64,000 nucleotides of DNA, from positions 1,824,001 through 1,888,000 of the forward strand of contig OZ220480.1 in NCBI GenBank assembly GCA_965116025.1. Reading direction: 5' to 3'. Positions 1 to 10,304 of this stretch are shown here, piece by piece. The first letter of the stretch is position 1. Each line of letters opens with the position of its first letter. Made by a program: the position numbers and the translations under genes. Origin of the DNA: an uncultured candidatus Porisulfidus sp. (lineage in GTDB: Bacteria; Pseudomonadota; Gammaproteobacteria; Poriferisulfidales; Poriferisulfidaceae). The notes under the pieces were generated by a model. The model saw only the letters and a program-made list of their open reading frames with translations, was not told where the DNA came from and made no database searches.

Positions 1-1
1 T

Positions 2-1831
2 CTTCCTTTCCGGGAAATCGCTCCCAATTATTTCAGGACCCCATCCGCGTCCACCATTCGCGAGGCCGTTCGCAATGGCCAAGAGTTGATCGTCCAAGTC
101 TCCCAAGATGAGCGTGGCAACAAGGGAGCCGCGCTGACGACCTATCCAAGCCTACCGGGTCGCTACCTGGTGCTGACCCCAAACAAACCCCGAGCCAGCG
201 GCATCTCGCGGCAGATTGAGGGCGGAGACCGGGACGAGCTGCAAAAACTCGTTTCCCAGCTAACCCCAGCCAAAGGGGCGGGAGTCATCGTGCGAACCGC
301 GGGAATCGGGCACAGCGTCGAGGAGTTGCAATGGGATCTCGATAATCAGACCCAACTCTGGGAGGCTATTCTTGAGGCGGCGAAAAAGCCCGCTCCATTT
401 CTGATCTACAGTGACAACGACGCGGTCGTCCGCGCCCTTCGAGACAACCTCCGCGACGACATCAGCGAGGTTCTGATCGACAATGAGGAAATTTACGAGC
501 AAGCCCGCAAATTCGTTGGCCGGATGGCCCCGAAATACTTGAGCAACGTCAAACTCTATCAAGAGTCCATCCCCCTGTTCAGCCACTACCAGATCGAGAG
601 CCAAATCGAATCCGCGCACAACCGGATGATCAACCTGCCTTCTGGAGGCACGATCGCGATCGACCACACCGAGGCGCTCGTCTCTATAGATATCAATTCA
701 GCTCGGGCGACCAAAAGCGGCGATATCGAGACGACCGCGCTGAACACGAATCTCGAGGCAGCCAGGGAAATCGCCCGACAGTTACGCCTCCGCGACTTGG
801 GGGGCCTCATCGTGATCGATTTCATCGATATGGTCAGCGGCTCGAACCAGAGGAAAGTGGAAAACGAGTTTCGGGAATGCACCCGCCTGGACCGGGCGCG
901 CGTGCAGACTGGAAAAATCTCCCGCTTCGGACTTCTGGAACTGTCCCGGCAACGGCTTCGCCCCGCGCTTGGGGAGTTCACCCAAGTCACCTGCCCTCGA
1001 TGCGGCGGACACGGCACGATCCGAACCATTCAATCCCTGTCTCTCGCCATCCTTCGCCTGATTGAAGAAGAGGCGATGAAGCAGGACACGGGAATGGTAG
1101 TCACCGAGCTCCCCATTGACCTCACCGCGTACCTGCTCAACGAGAAGCGCGACCACATATCGAGAATCACCCAGCGGCACGGCTCGCATGTCCGCTTGCT
1201 GCCCGTGCAAGGGCTGGAAACGCCGCACTATCGGGTGCGTCGCTACCGGGAGGGCGACGAGGAAATCGAGCGCGGTTTCGATTATCAGTCATCGCTCAGC
1301 CATGAGCTCGAAGCTAAGGATTTTCGCTCGAGGAGACCCAAACCGGTCTCCGCACGTAAAGAAAGCCAGGACCGACCTGTCGTCGACGTGGCGCAACATG
1401 TCACGGAATCCCCGAAATCCATGAAAAAGAAGAGCGCGTCGGGAAGGTTTCAGTGGCTCATCAATCTATTCTCCAAGAATGACCAACAGCTCGCGGAGAA
1501 AGCCAAATCTGAGGCCCCCCCTTCCGAGAAAAAGCCTGATCGAGCCAGACCAAGCCGTCGGCGGCGGCGTTCCGGTTCTCGTCCCCGTGGCCCGGCCTCC
1601 CAAACTCAAAATGAGAAGCGCGCCAGCAATGGTCAGGGCGAGCAAAACGGCACGCCGCGCCGCCGCCGGCGAGGACGAAGAGGCGGCCGCAATCGTCGGC
1701 GCGGTGGCGCGACAGGCGGCGAATCCCCCAACTCCCAATCCAACGGCGGAATGCCTGACCAAGATTCTCCCAAGATCGAGACCAAACCTCCCGCCAAACC
1801 CTCATCCCCTCCGCCCCCTACGGAATCATAG
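2..1831 (+). CDS. rne: Ribonuclease E (5'-partial; begins before window)
   Basis: Frame is open from position 2 (LPFREIAPNYF...QELIVQV). Motifs ERGNKGAALTT, IDINSARAT, DLGGLIVIDFIDM, Zn-link CPRCGGHG, amphipathic membrane helix GRFQWLINLF and an Arg-rich disordered tail. Confidence 0.97.
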   Translation, partial: LPFREIAPNYFRTPSASTIREAVRNGQELIVQVSQDERGNKGAALTTYPSLPGRYLVLTPNKPRASGISRQIEGGDRDELQKLVSQLTPAKGAGVIVRTAGIGHSVEELQWDLDNQTQLWEAILEAAKKPAPFLIYSDNDAVVRALRDNLRDDISEVLIDNEEIYEQARKFVGRMAPKYLSNVKLYQESIPLFSHYQIESQIESAHNRMINLPSGGTIAIDHTEALVSIDINSARATKSGDIETTALNTNLEAAREIARQLRLRDLGGLIVIDFIDMVSGSNQRKVENEFRECTRLDRARVQTGKISRFGLLELSRQRLRPALGEFTQVTCPRCGGHGTIRTIQSLSLAILRLIEEEAMKQDTGMVVTELPIDLTAYLLNEKRDHISRITQRHGSHVRLLPVQGLETPHYRVRRYREGDEEIERGFDYQSSLSHELEAKDFRSRRPKPVSARKESQDRPVVDVAQHVTESPKSMKKKSASGRFQWLINLFSKNDQQLAEKAKSEAPPSEKKPDRARPSRRRRRSGSRPRGPASQTQNEKRASNGQGEQNGTPRRRRRGRRGGRNRRRGGATGGESPNSQSNGGMPDQDSPKIETKPPAKPSSPPPPTES

Positions 1832-1836
1832 GGTCG

Positions 1837-4800
1837 CTATTTCGATTCCTGCTTGGCGGGCGTGATTTCCTGAATGATCGGGTTCGACCAGGACCCGGTC
1901 ACCTGGTACGTGACGGCGGTCGCCTGATTGATCCCGAATCCGAGCCAGTCCAGTACCTTGGTGCCAATATACGCTCCGGCGATTCCCACCGGTCCACCAA
2001 GCGCCCCGAAAGCCGGAAGCAACGCGCTGGTTTCCGGCGTCGCCACGACGGTCAGATCATAATCCTCGTTCTCCACTCCGATGTGACCACCGATCAGAAA
2101 CTGCGCCGACGGCCCGATAATGCGAAATTCGCTGGTGCTCAGATTGCCCTGCAGGAAATCGAATTTCCCATCCACGGTTTGATAAGTGAACCCACCCCGC
2201 ACCACATCATCGAACTCAAGCGACAGGCGCTCGAAGATCATCTCGAGGTTCAGCAGAGCCAGGATGCGCGCGAATTCCGGCGCCACGTTGCGAATGCGCC
2301 CATCCTTTCCCTTTATGTCAATATAGCCCTGAAGCTTCTTGAACTCGTATTCATGCGGAGCTCCGGCCCACTGCAGAGCTAAATCCACGTCGATCACCCC
2401 CTCCCTCAAGGGATTGTCGACCGACCAATGCTTCAGCGTCTCATGCAGATCGTCCGTATGGACCGCCCCCCGCAACAGGGTAAGGTGCCTGCCATTCTCC
2501 AATGACCAGTGCCCACTCAGATCCATGTGGAATTTATGCGATTTCGCCTGGAGTCCGTCGATATTGACTCGCCGCTCTCCTGGCGATGTCACGAGTCGAG
2601 CGTCACGGAACTCGTACGGTCCGACATGCAGCAATCTGAATTCCATATCCAAAGGCGGAAGGTCCTGAGGAGCCAAATCCGTTTCTCCCGCATCTTCCAT
2701 CGTCTCCAGCTGTCTCGTGGAAAGGCGTAACCAATCGAAAGCCCCTCTTATCGGCTTCCCGTCTTCTTTGGGAAGGTCGAGGATGCCTCGAATGGCCGGC
2801 GCGTTGATCGCGAATTGATCTTTCTCTTCCGTGAAACGCACCGACAGTTCCGCGTCTTCCACATCCAGACCGAACGCCTCCAGTCGGTCCGCTCGCAAAC
2901 CAGAAATTTCCGGCCAGACTCCTTCTTGACCCGCGTACCGCTTTTTCCAGTCAATCCAATCTCGCGCGTTGACCTTCGACATGCTTCCCGTCAGCACCAG
3001 TTTGGAATCCGAATGAGCCGGCGCCTCATCCAGACCTAAACCGATCGCGCCGCTCACCGCGCTTTCCGGATTTACCCGCAAGCGCGCGCGCGCTAGATCC
3101 GCGTATTCGAGCGAGAGATCCGCTCTACCGTCAAGATCGATATCCGCCCTCACTTCCAATCGTCGCGCCTCTTTCTTCGTCTTACCCAAAGGGTCTGGTA
3201 AATCAACCTCAGTCCCCCGGAAATCGCTTTTCCCGAATACGGTCAGGTAGTCCCGAGTCGATCTCTCGGTCGCTCCGGGAAGCAGCAACGTAAGGTCCCA
3301 AGCCGAGCGGCCCCTGAGCCAAGAAAACGTGGGGCGCGCCTCCCGCGGCAAGTAATCCTGCAAGGACGCGAGCGCCTGGATCTTGACTTGGAAATCTCCC
3401 GAGCGAGTCGTAGCCAAATCCACGCGGGCGGGATGGCCAGAAAATCGGGCCTCCAGCGAGCCCGCCAGCCTTTCGTCTTGGTATCTGAGCTCCCCATTAA
3501 TCTCGTCCAAATGGGAATTGATGGCCAAGATATCCATCCGGTCGTCATGCAACCTCATGACGCCCTTCACTTTGGCTTCATGGTCCAGACGTTGATCCAG
3601 AGGAAGGTTTAGCTGCAGGTCCAGCGTCGATCTCCCCTTAAGCAGCAAAGCCTGATTGAAGGCCGGGGACATCCATTCGATAGATTCGAGAAACTCCGGC
3701 ACATCGCTCACCGGCCCTTCCAGCACGCTGCTCATATGCATATCCATCAAACCCAGATCATCCATTCGAAGCGCCGCATGACGCACGCTCGAGTTTTGGA
3801 TGCTGGCTTGGTGGATGATGGCATGCAGCGACTGTTTGTCGAGAAGGACCGTTCCCTCAATCTCCCGAAACATCGGCAACCCCGGCTCATAATCGAGATC
3901 AACCTCGCGCAGAGCGCCCTCTAGCGTAAACTCGGGACCAGGCGAGGCGGGCGTCTCGTCCGACAACGGCGCATCCAGACGCAAGCGGGCATCAATCAGG
4001 CTTCCCGCTTTGAAGGCCGACCTCACCCAGCGGTCATCCGCGTCGGACAAAAACCCGGAAGGGAACCATCGCGAAACGACGGGCAGATCCGCGCGCTCGA
4101 TTTTCATGTCCGCGCGCAACCTAGGCGACTTGCCCGAGCCCATCCACACTGCGCCATGAAGGCGAAACGCGGGATTCGACACTTGGATATCCTTCGCTCT
4201 GAAAGCGCAGCAATCTTCTCCTGTCCACACGTCCAACCGAAGCCTGGATCGTCCAGGCCGAACCGCGTCCAGATTCCACGGCGCATAGGAGATTTCCACA
4301 TTTTCAGAGTCCAGGTCGAGGCGGAAGCCTCGCTCGGAGACGCTCACCGCGCCGTCAAGTCCACTCAGAGAACCCCCTTTCTCTGGGATGGAAAGCCCGA
4401 GTCCCGTCACCTCCGCATGAGCCCAATAGGTCGGCTGGTCCTGCAGGTGGACTTCCCCGCTCAATCGGTAGACCTTCCCAGACGTGATGCCACCAAAAGG
4501 AAGGCTTTCCAGTCCATGTCCAGCGATCGCGGCGAGCCGCTTCGCCAACGCGATATCCAAGGAAACCAAGCCACCGCGCATGGCTTCTCCTTGATGCTCC
4601 AGACGCGCTCCCTCCGCGACCACGCGCTGATCGAGCTCCAGCCTGCTCAACGAGATCATGTGCCCTTCTCGCAAGGCTCGCCAGTTGAGCGCGCCCGACA
4701 ACTTTTCCCACTCCGCGCCCTCGGATTTCGGGCGTTCCAGCTCCATACGTACTCCAGCGAATCGCGGCGCCAAATCGTCCCATTCCAGCCTCGCTTCCGC

Positions 4801-5535
4801 GCGCGCGCGGATATCCTCCGGCAAGAATTCCACCCATCGGCGCGCATCGTTCGGTAGCCAGGCCATCAATTGAACCCAGCGCATGCGGTCCACCCGCAAA
4901 ACTCCCTTCCCCGCTCCCGCGGTATCGAACTCCACCTGCAACTCGAAGTCGAGGTCGCCCGAACTCGGCACCCGGTTTCGCGCCCGCGCCACGACCCCCA
5001 GCAAGCCTACCGACACGTCCATATCTACCGCGCCCAGATCCACTCGATCACCGGTTTTCCGATCAAGGAGATCAATCCGCACATCCCGCAACCATATATC
5101 GTCAACAGGCAGGCTCCAAGCTGACTCGGCCGTCTTCTCGGGCATGCCTTCCAAGGCCCAGTTTCCGTCTTCCAGGCGTTGCAGGCGAATCGCTCCACCC
5201 ACCACGGAAATCCGTTCCGGGATCAGAGACAAGGAGAAAAGACTCTCGAGCAGATCAAGGTTAAAAGACATCCGGTCGAAGCGGTGCGCCACTTCCGTGC
5301 CATCGAACCGCAACGTCACGCCATGCAGAATGACGGATGGATAAACGCCCCGCCATTCGCTCACGGCATGATCGACATCAATTCGCACATCGAGAGACTC
5401 GGAGAGCCAGCGGCTCAGATACGGATGGACATCGTCCAACGTCAGCAGCACGACGCGCGCAGCGGTCGAGGTGAGCGCCAGAGCGCCCAAGATCAGCGCT
5501 AGCGTCAGGCCCAGATAACTGCCAAGCCTTTTCAT
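1837..5535 (-). CDS. yhdP: YhdP / AsmA-like phospholipid transport protein
   Basis: 1232 aa with an N-terminal TM anchor, W-x-G-x-x-P near the N-terminus, AsmA2-like C-terminus (YQVTGSWSNP), and the usual position downstream of maf. Confidence 0.88.
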   Translation of the reverse strand: MKRLGSYLGLTLALILGALALTSTAARVVLLTLDDVHPYLSRWLSESLDVRIDVDHAVSEWRGVYPSVILHGVTLRFDGTEVAHRFDRMSFNLDLLESLFSLSLIPERISVVGGAIRLQRLEDGNWALEGMPEKTAESAWSLPVDDIWLRDVRIDLLDRKTGDRVDLGAVDMDVSVGLLGVVARARNRVPSSGDLDFELQVEFDTAGAGKGVLRVDRMRWVQLMAWLPNDARRWVEFLPEDIRARAEARLEWDDLAPRFAGVRMELERPKSEGAEWEKLSGALNWRALREGHMISLSRLELDQRVVAEGARLEHQGEAMRGGLVSLDIALAKRLAAIAGHGLESLPFGGITSGKVYRLSGEVHLQDQPTYWAHAEVTGLGLSIPEKGGSLSGLDGAVSVSERGFRLDLDSENVEISYAPWNLDAVRPGRSRLRLDVWTGEDCCAFRAKDIQVSNPAFRLHGAVWMGSGKSPRLRADMKIERADLPVVSRWFPSGFLSDADDRWVRSAFKAGSLIDARLRLDAPLSDETPASPGPEFTLEGALREVDLDYEPGLPMFREIEGTVLLDKQSLHAIIHQASIQNSSVRHAALRMDDLGLMDMHMSSVLEGPVSDVPEFLESIEWMSPAFNQALLLKGRSTLDLQLNLPLDQRLDHEAKVKGVMRLHDDRMDILAINSHLDEINGELRYQDERLAGSLEARFSGHPARVDLATTRSGDFQVKIQALASLQDYLPREARPTFSWLRGRSAWDLTLLLPGATERSTRDYLTVFGKSDFRGTEVDLPDPLGKTKKEARRLEVRADIDLDGRADLSLEYADLARARLRVNPESAVSGAIGLGLDEAPAHSDSKLVLTGSMSKVNARDWIDWKKRYAGQEGVWPEISGLRADRLEAFGLDVEDAELSVRFTEEKDQFAINAPAIRGILDLPKEDGKPIRGAFDWLRLSTRQLETMEDAGETDLAPQDLPPLDMEFRLLHVGPYEFRDARLVTSPGERRVNIDGLQAKSHKFHMDLSGHWSLENGRHLTLLRGAVHTDDLHETLKHWSVDNPLREGVIDVDLALQWAGAPHEYEFKKLQGYIDIKGKDGRIRNVAPEFARILALLNLEMIFERLSLEFDDVVRGGFTYQTVDGKFDFLQGNLSTSEFRIIGPSAQFLIGGHIGVENEDYDLTVVATPETSALLPAFGALGGPVGIAGAYIGTKVLDWLGFGINQATAVTYQVTGSWSNPIIQEITPAKQESK

Positions 5536-5660
5536 CGCTGGGAAAGAGAAGAAACGGGCGACCCGCCGCGCGAGGTTGTTCTATGGAGCACGCGCACACG
5601 CGGTGGCCAATGAGGCCGGTATTTTAAACGCGGATTTGACGCAAGGAGATCAAGCAAAGG

Positions 5661-6251
5661 CTATCGCCTCGACGCGCTCATGAAATCCGGAAGAATCCCA
5701 AACTCCGACAAGACCGCGCAAGATTCGCACAAGGGCAACCCGACCACGTTGGTGTAGCTACCGCGAATCTCGCGCACTCGGCTTCCCGCCATCCCTTGGA
5801 TCGCGTAGCCTCCCGCCTTGTCCTTTGGCTCGCCGCTCGCCCAGTACGCTTGGATCCAAGCAGGCGGCAAAACGTCGAACACTACCTCCGTGACGCTCTG
5901 GAAAGCGGTCCGCCGATCACGTGACATCACGCAAACGCCGCTGATCACATTGTGGGACGCGCCGCTGATTTCCCTCATCATCGCCACGAAATCCTCATAA
6001 TTCCGCGGCTTGCCTTGAGGCTCTCCTCCGCACGACACCACAGTGTCCGCCGCCAGAACGACAGATTCCGAATCGTCTTCCAGACCGGCTTCGGCCTTGT
6101 CTCGCGCCAGCCGCGACGCTATGGCGAGACCATCTTCTCCTGGACGAGGAGATTCGTCGATCTGGACCGGACGGGCCTCGAAATCGATTCCAGCCATACG
6201 CAACAAATCGCCTCGCCTAGGCGAGGCCGAAGCCAGAATCAGACGTCTCAT
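5661..6251 (-). CDS. maf: Maf family nucleoside-triphosphate pyrophosphatase
   Basis: LILASASPRR, AADTVV, DKAGGYAIQG, GSYTNVVGLPL. Confidence 0.95.
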   Translation of the reverse strand: MRRLILASASPRRGDLLRMAGIDFEARPVQIDESPRPGEDGLAIASRLARDKAEAGLEDDSESVVLAADTVVSCGGEPQGKPRNYEDFVAMMREISGASHNVISGVCVMSRDRRTAFQSVTEVVFDVLPPAWIQAYWASGEPKDKAGGYAIQGMAGSRVREIRGSYTNVVGLPLCESCAVLSEFGILPDFMSASRR

Positions 6252-6613
6252 TGGCTGACGCGCGCGTCATCCAGAGAGACGGACCAAAGCTTTTCCAGCG
6301 CGTACAGATCGCGGGTCTCCGGTAGCATGACATGCACCACCACGTCCCCCGCATCCAGCAATATCCAATCGCGGCCGCGTTCCGCGGACACCCGCCCCAC
6401 GCGCGCGGCGCGCGCCTTCTCGACCACTCGATCCGCGATGCTACGCACATGCCGGTCCGAGCGGCCGCTCGCGATGATCATGTATACCGTGATCGTCGTT
6501 TTATCCCGAACGTCAAGCACGACCGTATCCTCGGCCTTCATATCGTCCAGAGCCTCGACCACCAGCCGCTTGAGAGCGTCGACCTCCATGCTGGAATCAG
6601 CCTTCGACAGCAT
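6248..6613 (-). CDS. rsfS: Ribosome silencing factor RsfS (start may be ATG at 6589)
   Basis: ALDDMKAED, IASGRSDRHV, WILLDAGDVVVHVM, YALEKLW. Confidence 0.95.
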   Translation of the reverse strand: MLSKADSSMEVDALKRLVVEALDDMKAEDTVVLDVRDKTTITVYMIIASGRSDRHVRSIADRVVEKARAARVGRVSAERGRDWILLDAGDVVVHVMLPETRDLYALEKLWSVSLDDARVSQ

Positions 6614-6618
6614 TCCGC

Positions 6619-7236
6619 TCAGTCAAGGTACAAGCGATGACGGCGGATATACGCCCACACGGAACCCGGAACGCAGTAGCGCGGTGACGCGCCGGAGCGA
6701 ATACGGTCGCGAATTTGGCTAGAAGAGAAATTTCGCGGAGTCCCTTGATGCAGATAAATCCTACCACAAGGCGAGCGCCGCAACGCCTCGGGCTCGCGAA
6801 CGCAACGCGCTTTCCACGAATCCGGCAACGACGCTTCCATTTCGCTCCCAGGCCGCGCGAGGGCCGCCACATGGCACAACTGGATCAGGTCTTCCGCCCG
6901 GCGCCAGGATGGCAATCCCCCCAGCGCGTCCGCCCCAACCAGCAAACACAAAGGATTCGAGTCCTCGTCCTTGAGGGATCTCAGCGTGTCGTAGGTATAG
7001 GATGGTCCCGGCCTCCTCAGCTCCCGGTCGTCCGCCACCAATTTCGCGCCATCCGCGACCAGCCGCACCATGTTCCAGCGATGCTCCGCAGAAGCGCGCG
7101 GCGGAGCGCGATGCGCCGGATGCCCGCATGGAACGAGGCGCACCTCCGTCAAGCTGAGAATCGACAGGAATTCCAGCGCGAGTCTGCAATGCCCGAAATG
7201 AATAGGATCGAACAACCCGCCAAGAACGCCGCGCAT
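6619..7236 (-). CDS. nadD: Nicotinate-nucleotide adenylyltransferase
   Basis: GGLFDPIHFGH (HxGH), SYTYDTL, GADA, SSSQIR, YIRRHRLY. Confidence 0.95.
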   Translation of the reverse strand: MRGVLGGLFDPIHFGHCRLALEFLSILSLTEVRLVPCGHPAHRAPPRASAEHRWNMVRLVADGAKLVADDRELRRPGPSYTYDTLRSLKDEDSNPLCLLVGADALGGLPSWRRAEDLIQLCHVAALARPGSEMEASLPDSWKARCVREPEALRRSPCGRIYLHQGTPRNFSSSQIRDRIRSGASPRYCVPGSVWAYIRRHRLYLD

Positions 7237-7240
7237 CGAA

Positions 7241-9007
7241 TCAGAGCGACGCGATATGCTGGATATTCAGCATGCATGAGCGGTGTCCCTGAAACTCGTC
7301 CACGCCCAGTTCGTACACCAGCCGAAATCTGGATTTTTCCTTATCCCAGTCGAAACGGTCGTGAGAGAACGCCATCGCCTTGATACGGATCTCTGGATGG
7401 CCGACCGGGTTGAGGTGAAAGCGGGTATGCGCGCCCTTGAAGGTCTTTCTCTCCTGTATCTCGAATTCGCCCTCGAACAGCGGGGGCAGGAAATCCCGAC
7501 CCCAAGGATGTCCGCGCGCGGCGAATTCCGCGTTCTCCAGGGTCCACTCCTCTTTCGCCAATTCGCCATCCGTCTCGATAGTTTGAACCGGACAACAGCC
7601 ACCGAGCGCCTTCGAAACCGCTTTCTCGAGCAGAGACTGGAATCGCTCCAACCCATCTTCCCGGAGCGTGAGCCCGACCGCCATCGCGTGTCCTCCATAG
7701 CGTCGCATGAGGCCGGGCTCCGCCTGATCGACATCGACCAGAGCGTCTCGAAGATTCAGTCCCTGAATCGAACGCCCCGATCCTTTCAGGAGGTTGTCCT
7801 GAGATCGCGCGAAAACGATGGCTGGCAGCCCATACTTCTCCTTGATCCTCGACGCGATGATTCCAACCACGCCTTCGTGCCAATTCGGTCGGTAGAGGCA
7901 CAGGCTCGCGGCCCTCCCAGTCTCCAGCGGCAACCGATCCACTTCGTTGAGCGCCTCGATATGCATCGATCCTTCTTCGGCGCGCCGCTTGACGTTGATC
8001 CGATCCAATTGCCTGGCTAGTTCGTGAGCCTCGACGCGACCTTCCGCGAGCAAGCAACGGATTCCGACCGCGATGTCCTCCATCCGTCCGGCCGCGTTGA
8101 CGCGCGGGCCCACGGCGAAAGCCAAATCCGCGCTACCCACTTGACGAGGGTCTCGATTGCCTTGACGCAAGAGCGAGACGATGCCAGGGACCCCCCGGCC
8201 GTTTCGAATGCACCGCAACCCATGCTCCACAAGAATTCGGTTGTTCAGGTCCAGCGGCACCACGTCGGCGATTGTGCCCAGAGCCACCAGATCCAGAAAC
8301 CGCGCCATGTTCGGCTTCTCGACTCCACGTTCGGAGAACCACCTCTCCTCGTCCAAACGCTGACGCAAGGCCAGCATAACGTAGAACACCACTCCGACGC
8401 CAGCGAGAGCCGAACTGGCGAAACTGTCAGGCGGACTGTTCGGATTGACGATGCAATCGGCATCAGGCAACTCGTCTCCTGGCAGATGGTGATCGGTGAT
8501 CAATACTCGAATTCCGCGCGCGCGAGCCTTCGCGACCGCGTCTTGGCTCGACATCCCGTTATCGATCGTCACGATCAGGGAAGGATCGCGTCGCTCGACC
8601 TCCTCCATCAATTCTGGGCAAAACCCATAACCATGCCGAAAACGATCCGGAACCAGGTAATCCACGTTCTCGTAGCCCATCGCGCGCAAACTGCGCATCG
8701 CGACGGCCACGCCCGTCGCGCCATCCGCGTCGTAATCCCCGACCAGCAGAATTCGCCCGCCCTCGACCATCACGGAATGCAGTAACTCCGCCGCCCGCGA
8801 ACATGCCGAAAACTCGCTGACCGGATGCAACCGCCGCAACGATAATTCAAGCTCGCCCGGGTCGGTAATCCCCCGATGAGCGAAAACCCTGCGCTGCAGC
8901 GAAGGCAATACCTGAAGCGCCGCCAAGGCATCGGGAGACGCGCTCCGGCGAAGAATTTTCGGTCGAGACTTGACGTTCAAGAACTTGTGAAGTCCAGATG
9001 TGGGCAC
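7241..9007 (-). CDS. recJ: ssDNA-specific exonuclease RecJ (start uncertain)
   Basis: GDYDADG, TIDNG, ITDHH, LGTIADVVPL, PRVNAAGR, GGHAMAVG. Confidence 0.97.
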   Translation of the reverse strand: MPTSGLHKFLNVKSRPKILRRSASPDALAALQVLPSLQRRVFAHRGITDPGELELSLRRLHPVSEFSACSRAAELLHSVMVEGGRILLVGDYDADGATGVAVAMRSLRAMGYENVDYLVPDRFRHGYGFCPELMEEVERRDPSLIVTIDNGMSSQDAVAKARARGIRVLITDHHLPGDELPDADCIVNPNSPPDSFASSALAGVGVVFYVMLALRQRLDEERWFSERGVEKPNMARFLDLVALGTIADVVPLDLNNRILVEHGLRCIRNGRGVPGIVSLLRQGNRDPRQVGSADLAFAVGPRVNAAGRMEDIAVGIRCLLAEGRVEAHELARQLDRINVKRRAEEGSMHIEALNEVDRLPLETGRAASLCLYRPNWHEGVVGIIASRIKEKYGLPAIVFARSQDNLLKGSGRSIQGLNLRDALVDVDQAEPGLMRRYGGHAMAVGLTLREDGLERFQSLLEKAVSKALGGCCPVQTIETDGELAKEEWTLENAEFAARGHPWGRDFLPPLFEGEFEIQERKTFKGAHTRFHLNPVGHPEIRIKAMAFSHDRFDWDKEKSRFRLVYELGVDEFQGHRSCMLNIQHIASL

Positions 9008-9243
9008 GGCCCGGAACGGTTCCCGCGAGGCGGATCGATAGGTCGGATTTTACAGGACCGCGCGGAAGCGAGATCCCAGTTTCAACTTTCAAGTGCAACA
9101 GCATTGTAACCCGGTGGAGAGCGGCGAGAGCGGCAGGATGACGAAGAGGATCGGGGGAAGGCGGCGAGGGTCGGTCGCCGGACGGGAAGAACGGCAGGAT
9201 GGGGGAGAGGGTCGGGGGAAGCCGGCGACAGTCGGCCGCGTTC

Positions 9244-9273
9244 CGTCCGGGGAAGGCCGGCCTTCCCCGGACG
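9244..9273. repeat. Perfect 30-bp palindrome in the IS30 3' non-coding region (strong hairpin)
   Basis: cgtccggggaaggccggccttccccggacg is its own reverse complement; it lies 32 bp past the transposase stop. Confidence 0.9.
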
Positions 9274-9305
9274 AATCATCGCCGCGCCAACCTGCCCCCT
9301 CGAAT

Positions 9306-10304
9306 TTACAAAAGCCGGGACATCTCCTCTCGCCAGGCCCGAACCACCTCCGAATCCGCTCCGAAAAACGCCTCGTTCGGCGTGCGCCATCCCAAGCGGC
9401 GCCGAGGCCGGTTGTTCAGGCGGTCCTCCACCGCCCGCGCCTCCTCCTCCGAGATCGTGTCGAACCGCCGCGACTTCGGGAAATACTGCCGGATCAGCCC
9501 ATTCGCGTTCTCGTTGCTCCCGCGCTGCCAAGAGGAATACGGATCCGCGAAGTAAAACTCCGCGCCCAGGAGGCGCGCCACCCGCCGGTGATCCGCGAAC
9601 TCGGTTCCATTGTCCGAGGTCAAGGTCAGAACCCGGTCCTTCAACGGCGCCAGCATGCCGATGATCGCGTCCGCCACCGCGCGCGCCGAGCGCCGGGGCA
9701 ACCGCTTGAAACGCACCAGCCGCGACTTGCGCTCGAGCAGCGACGCCAGAACCCCGCTGCCCCGCCGTCCGATCACCGTGTCCGCTTCCCAGTCTCCCAG
9801 CCGCGAGCGCGTCTCCACCACCTCCGGACGCTCCTGGATCGGCACCCGCCCCGGAATGCGCGACCGGCCCTTCCCGCGCCCATACCGCCGGCGCCGACGG
9901 TGGCCTTGCCGCAAATACAGATACAGGTCGCCGCCCCGCCGCCGATCCGCCCATACCCAGCGGTAGATGAGCTCGTGGCTCACCTTCGCCAAGCCCTCCT
10001 TGTCCAGCCACGCGCTGATCTGCTGCGGGCTCCAGCCCTGCTTCAGCAGCTTCTTGACCCGCCTCCACACCGCCGGCGAGACCCGCCGCCGAGCCCGCTT
10101 CTGGCGGCGCTCTTTCGCCTTTCGGCACGCCAGCTCGGCCCGGTATCGTCCGCTCCGAGCGTCGGCGTTCCGCTTCAGCTCGCGGCACACCGTGCCGCGG
10201 TCGACGCCGATCCTTCGCGCCACCTCCGCCTGGCTCATGTCGAGGCCCCGCAGCGCCTCGATCTGGTAACGTTGGGTCTCGGTGAGTTGCGTGTAACTTC
10301 TCAT
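9306..10304 (-). CDS. IS30-family DDE transposase
   Basis: N-terminal HTH (YTQLTETQRYQIE), GDWEADTV, TSDNGTEF, PYSSWQRGSNENANGLIRQYFPK, LNNRPRRRLGWRTP. Confidence 0.97.
   Translation of the reverse strand: MRSYTQLTETQRYQIEALRGLDMSQAEVARRIGVDRGTVCRELKRNADARSGRYRAELACRKAKERRQKRARRRVSPAVWRRVKKLLKQGWSPQQISAWLDKEGLAKVSHELIYRWVWADRRRGGDLYLYLRQGHRRRRRYGRGKGRSRIPGRVPIQERPEVVETRSRLGDWEADTVIGRRGSGVLASLLERKSRLVRFKRLPRRSARAVADAIIGMLAPLKDRVLTLTSDNGTEFADHRRVARLLGAEFYFADPYSSWQRGSNENANGLIRQYFPKSRRFDTISEEEARAVEDRLNNRPRRRLGWRTPNEAFFGADSEVVRAWREEMSRLL

Noticed and set aside
9047-9090. Hybrid recJ promoter from the IS30 IR (TTGAAA) plus host TAAAAT
   Set aside because: Spacing is 27 bp, too long for sigma70.
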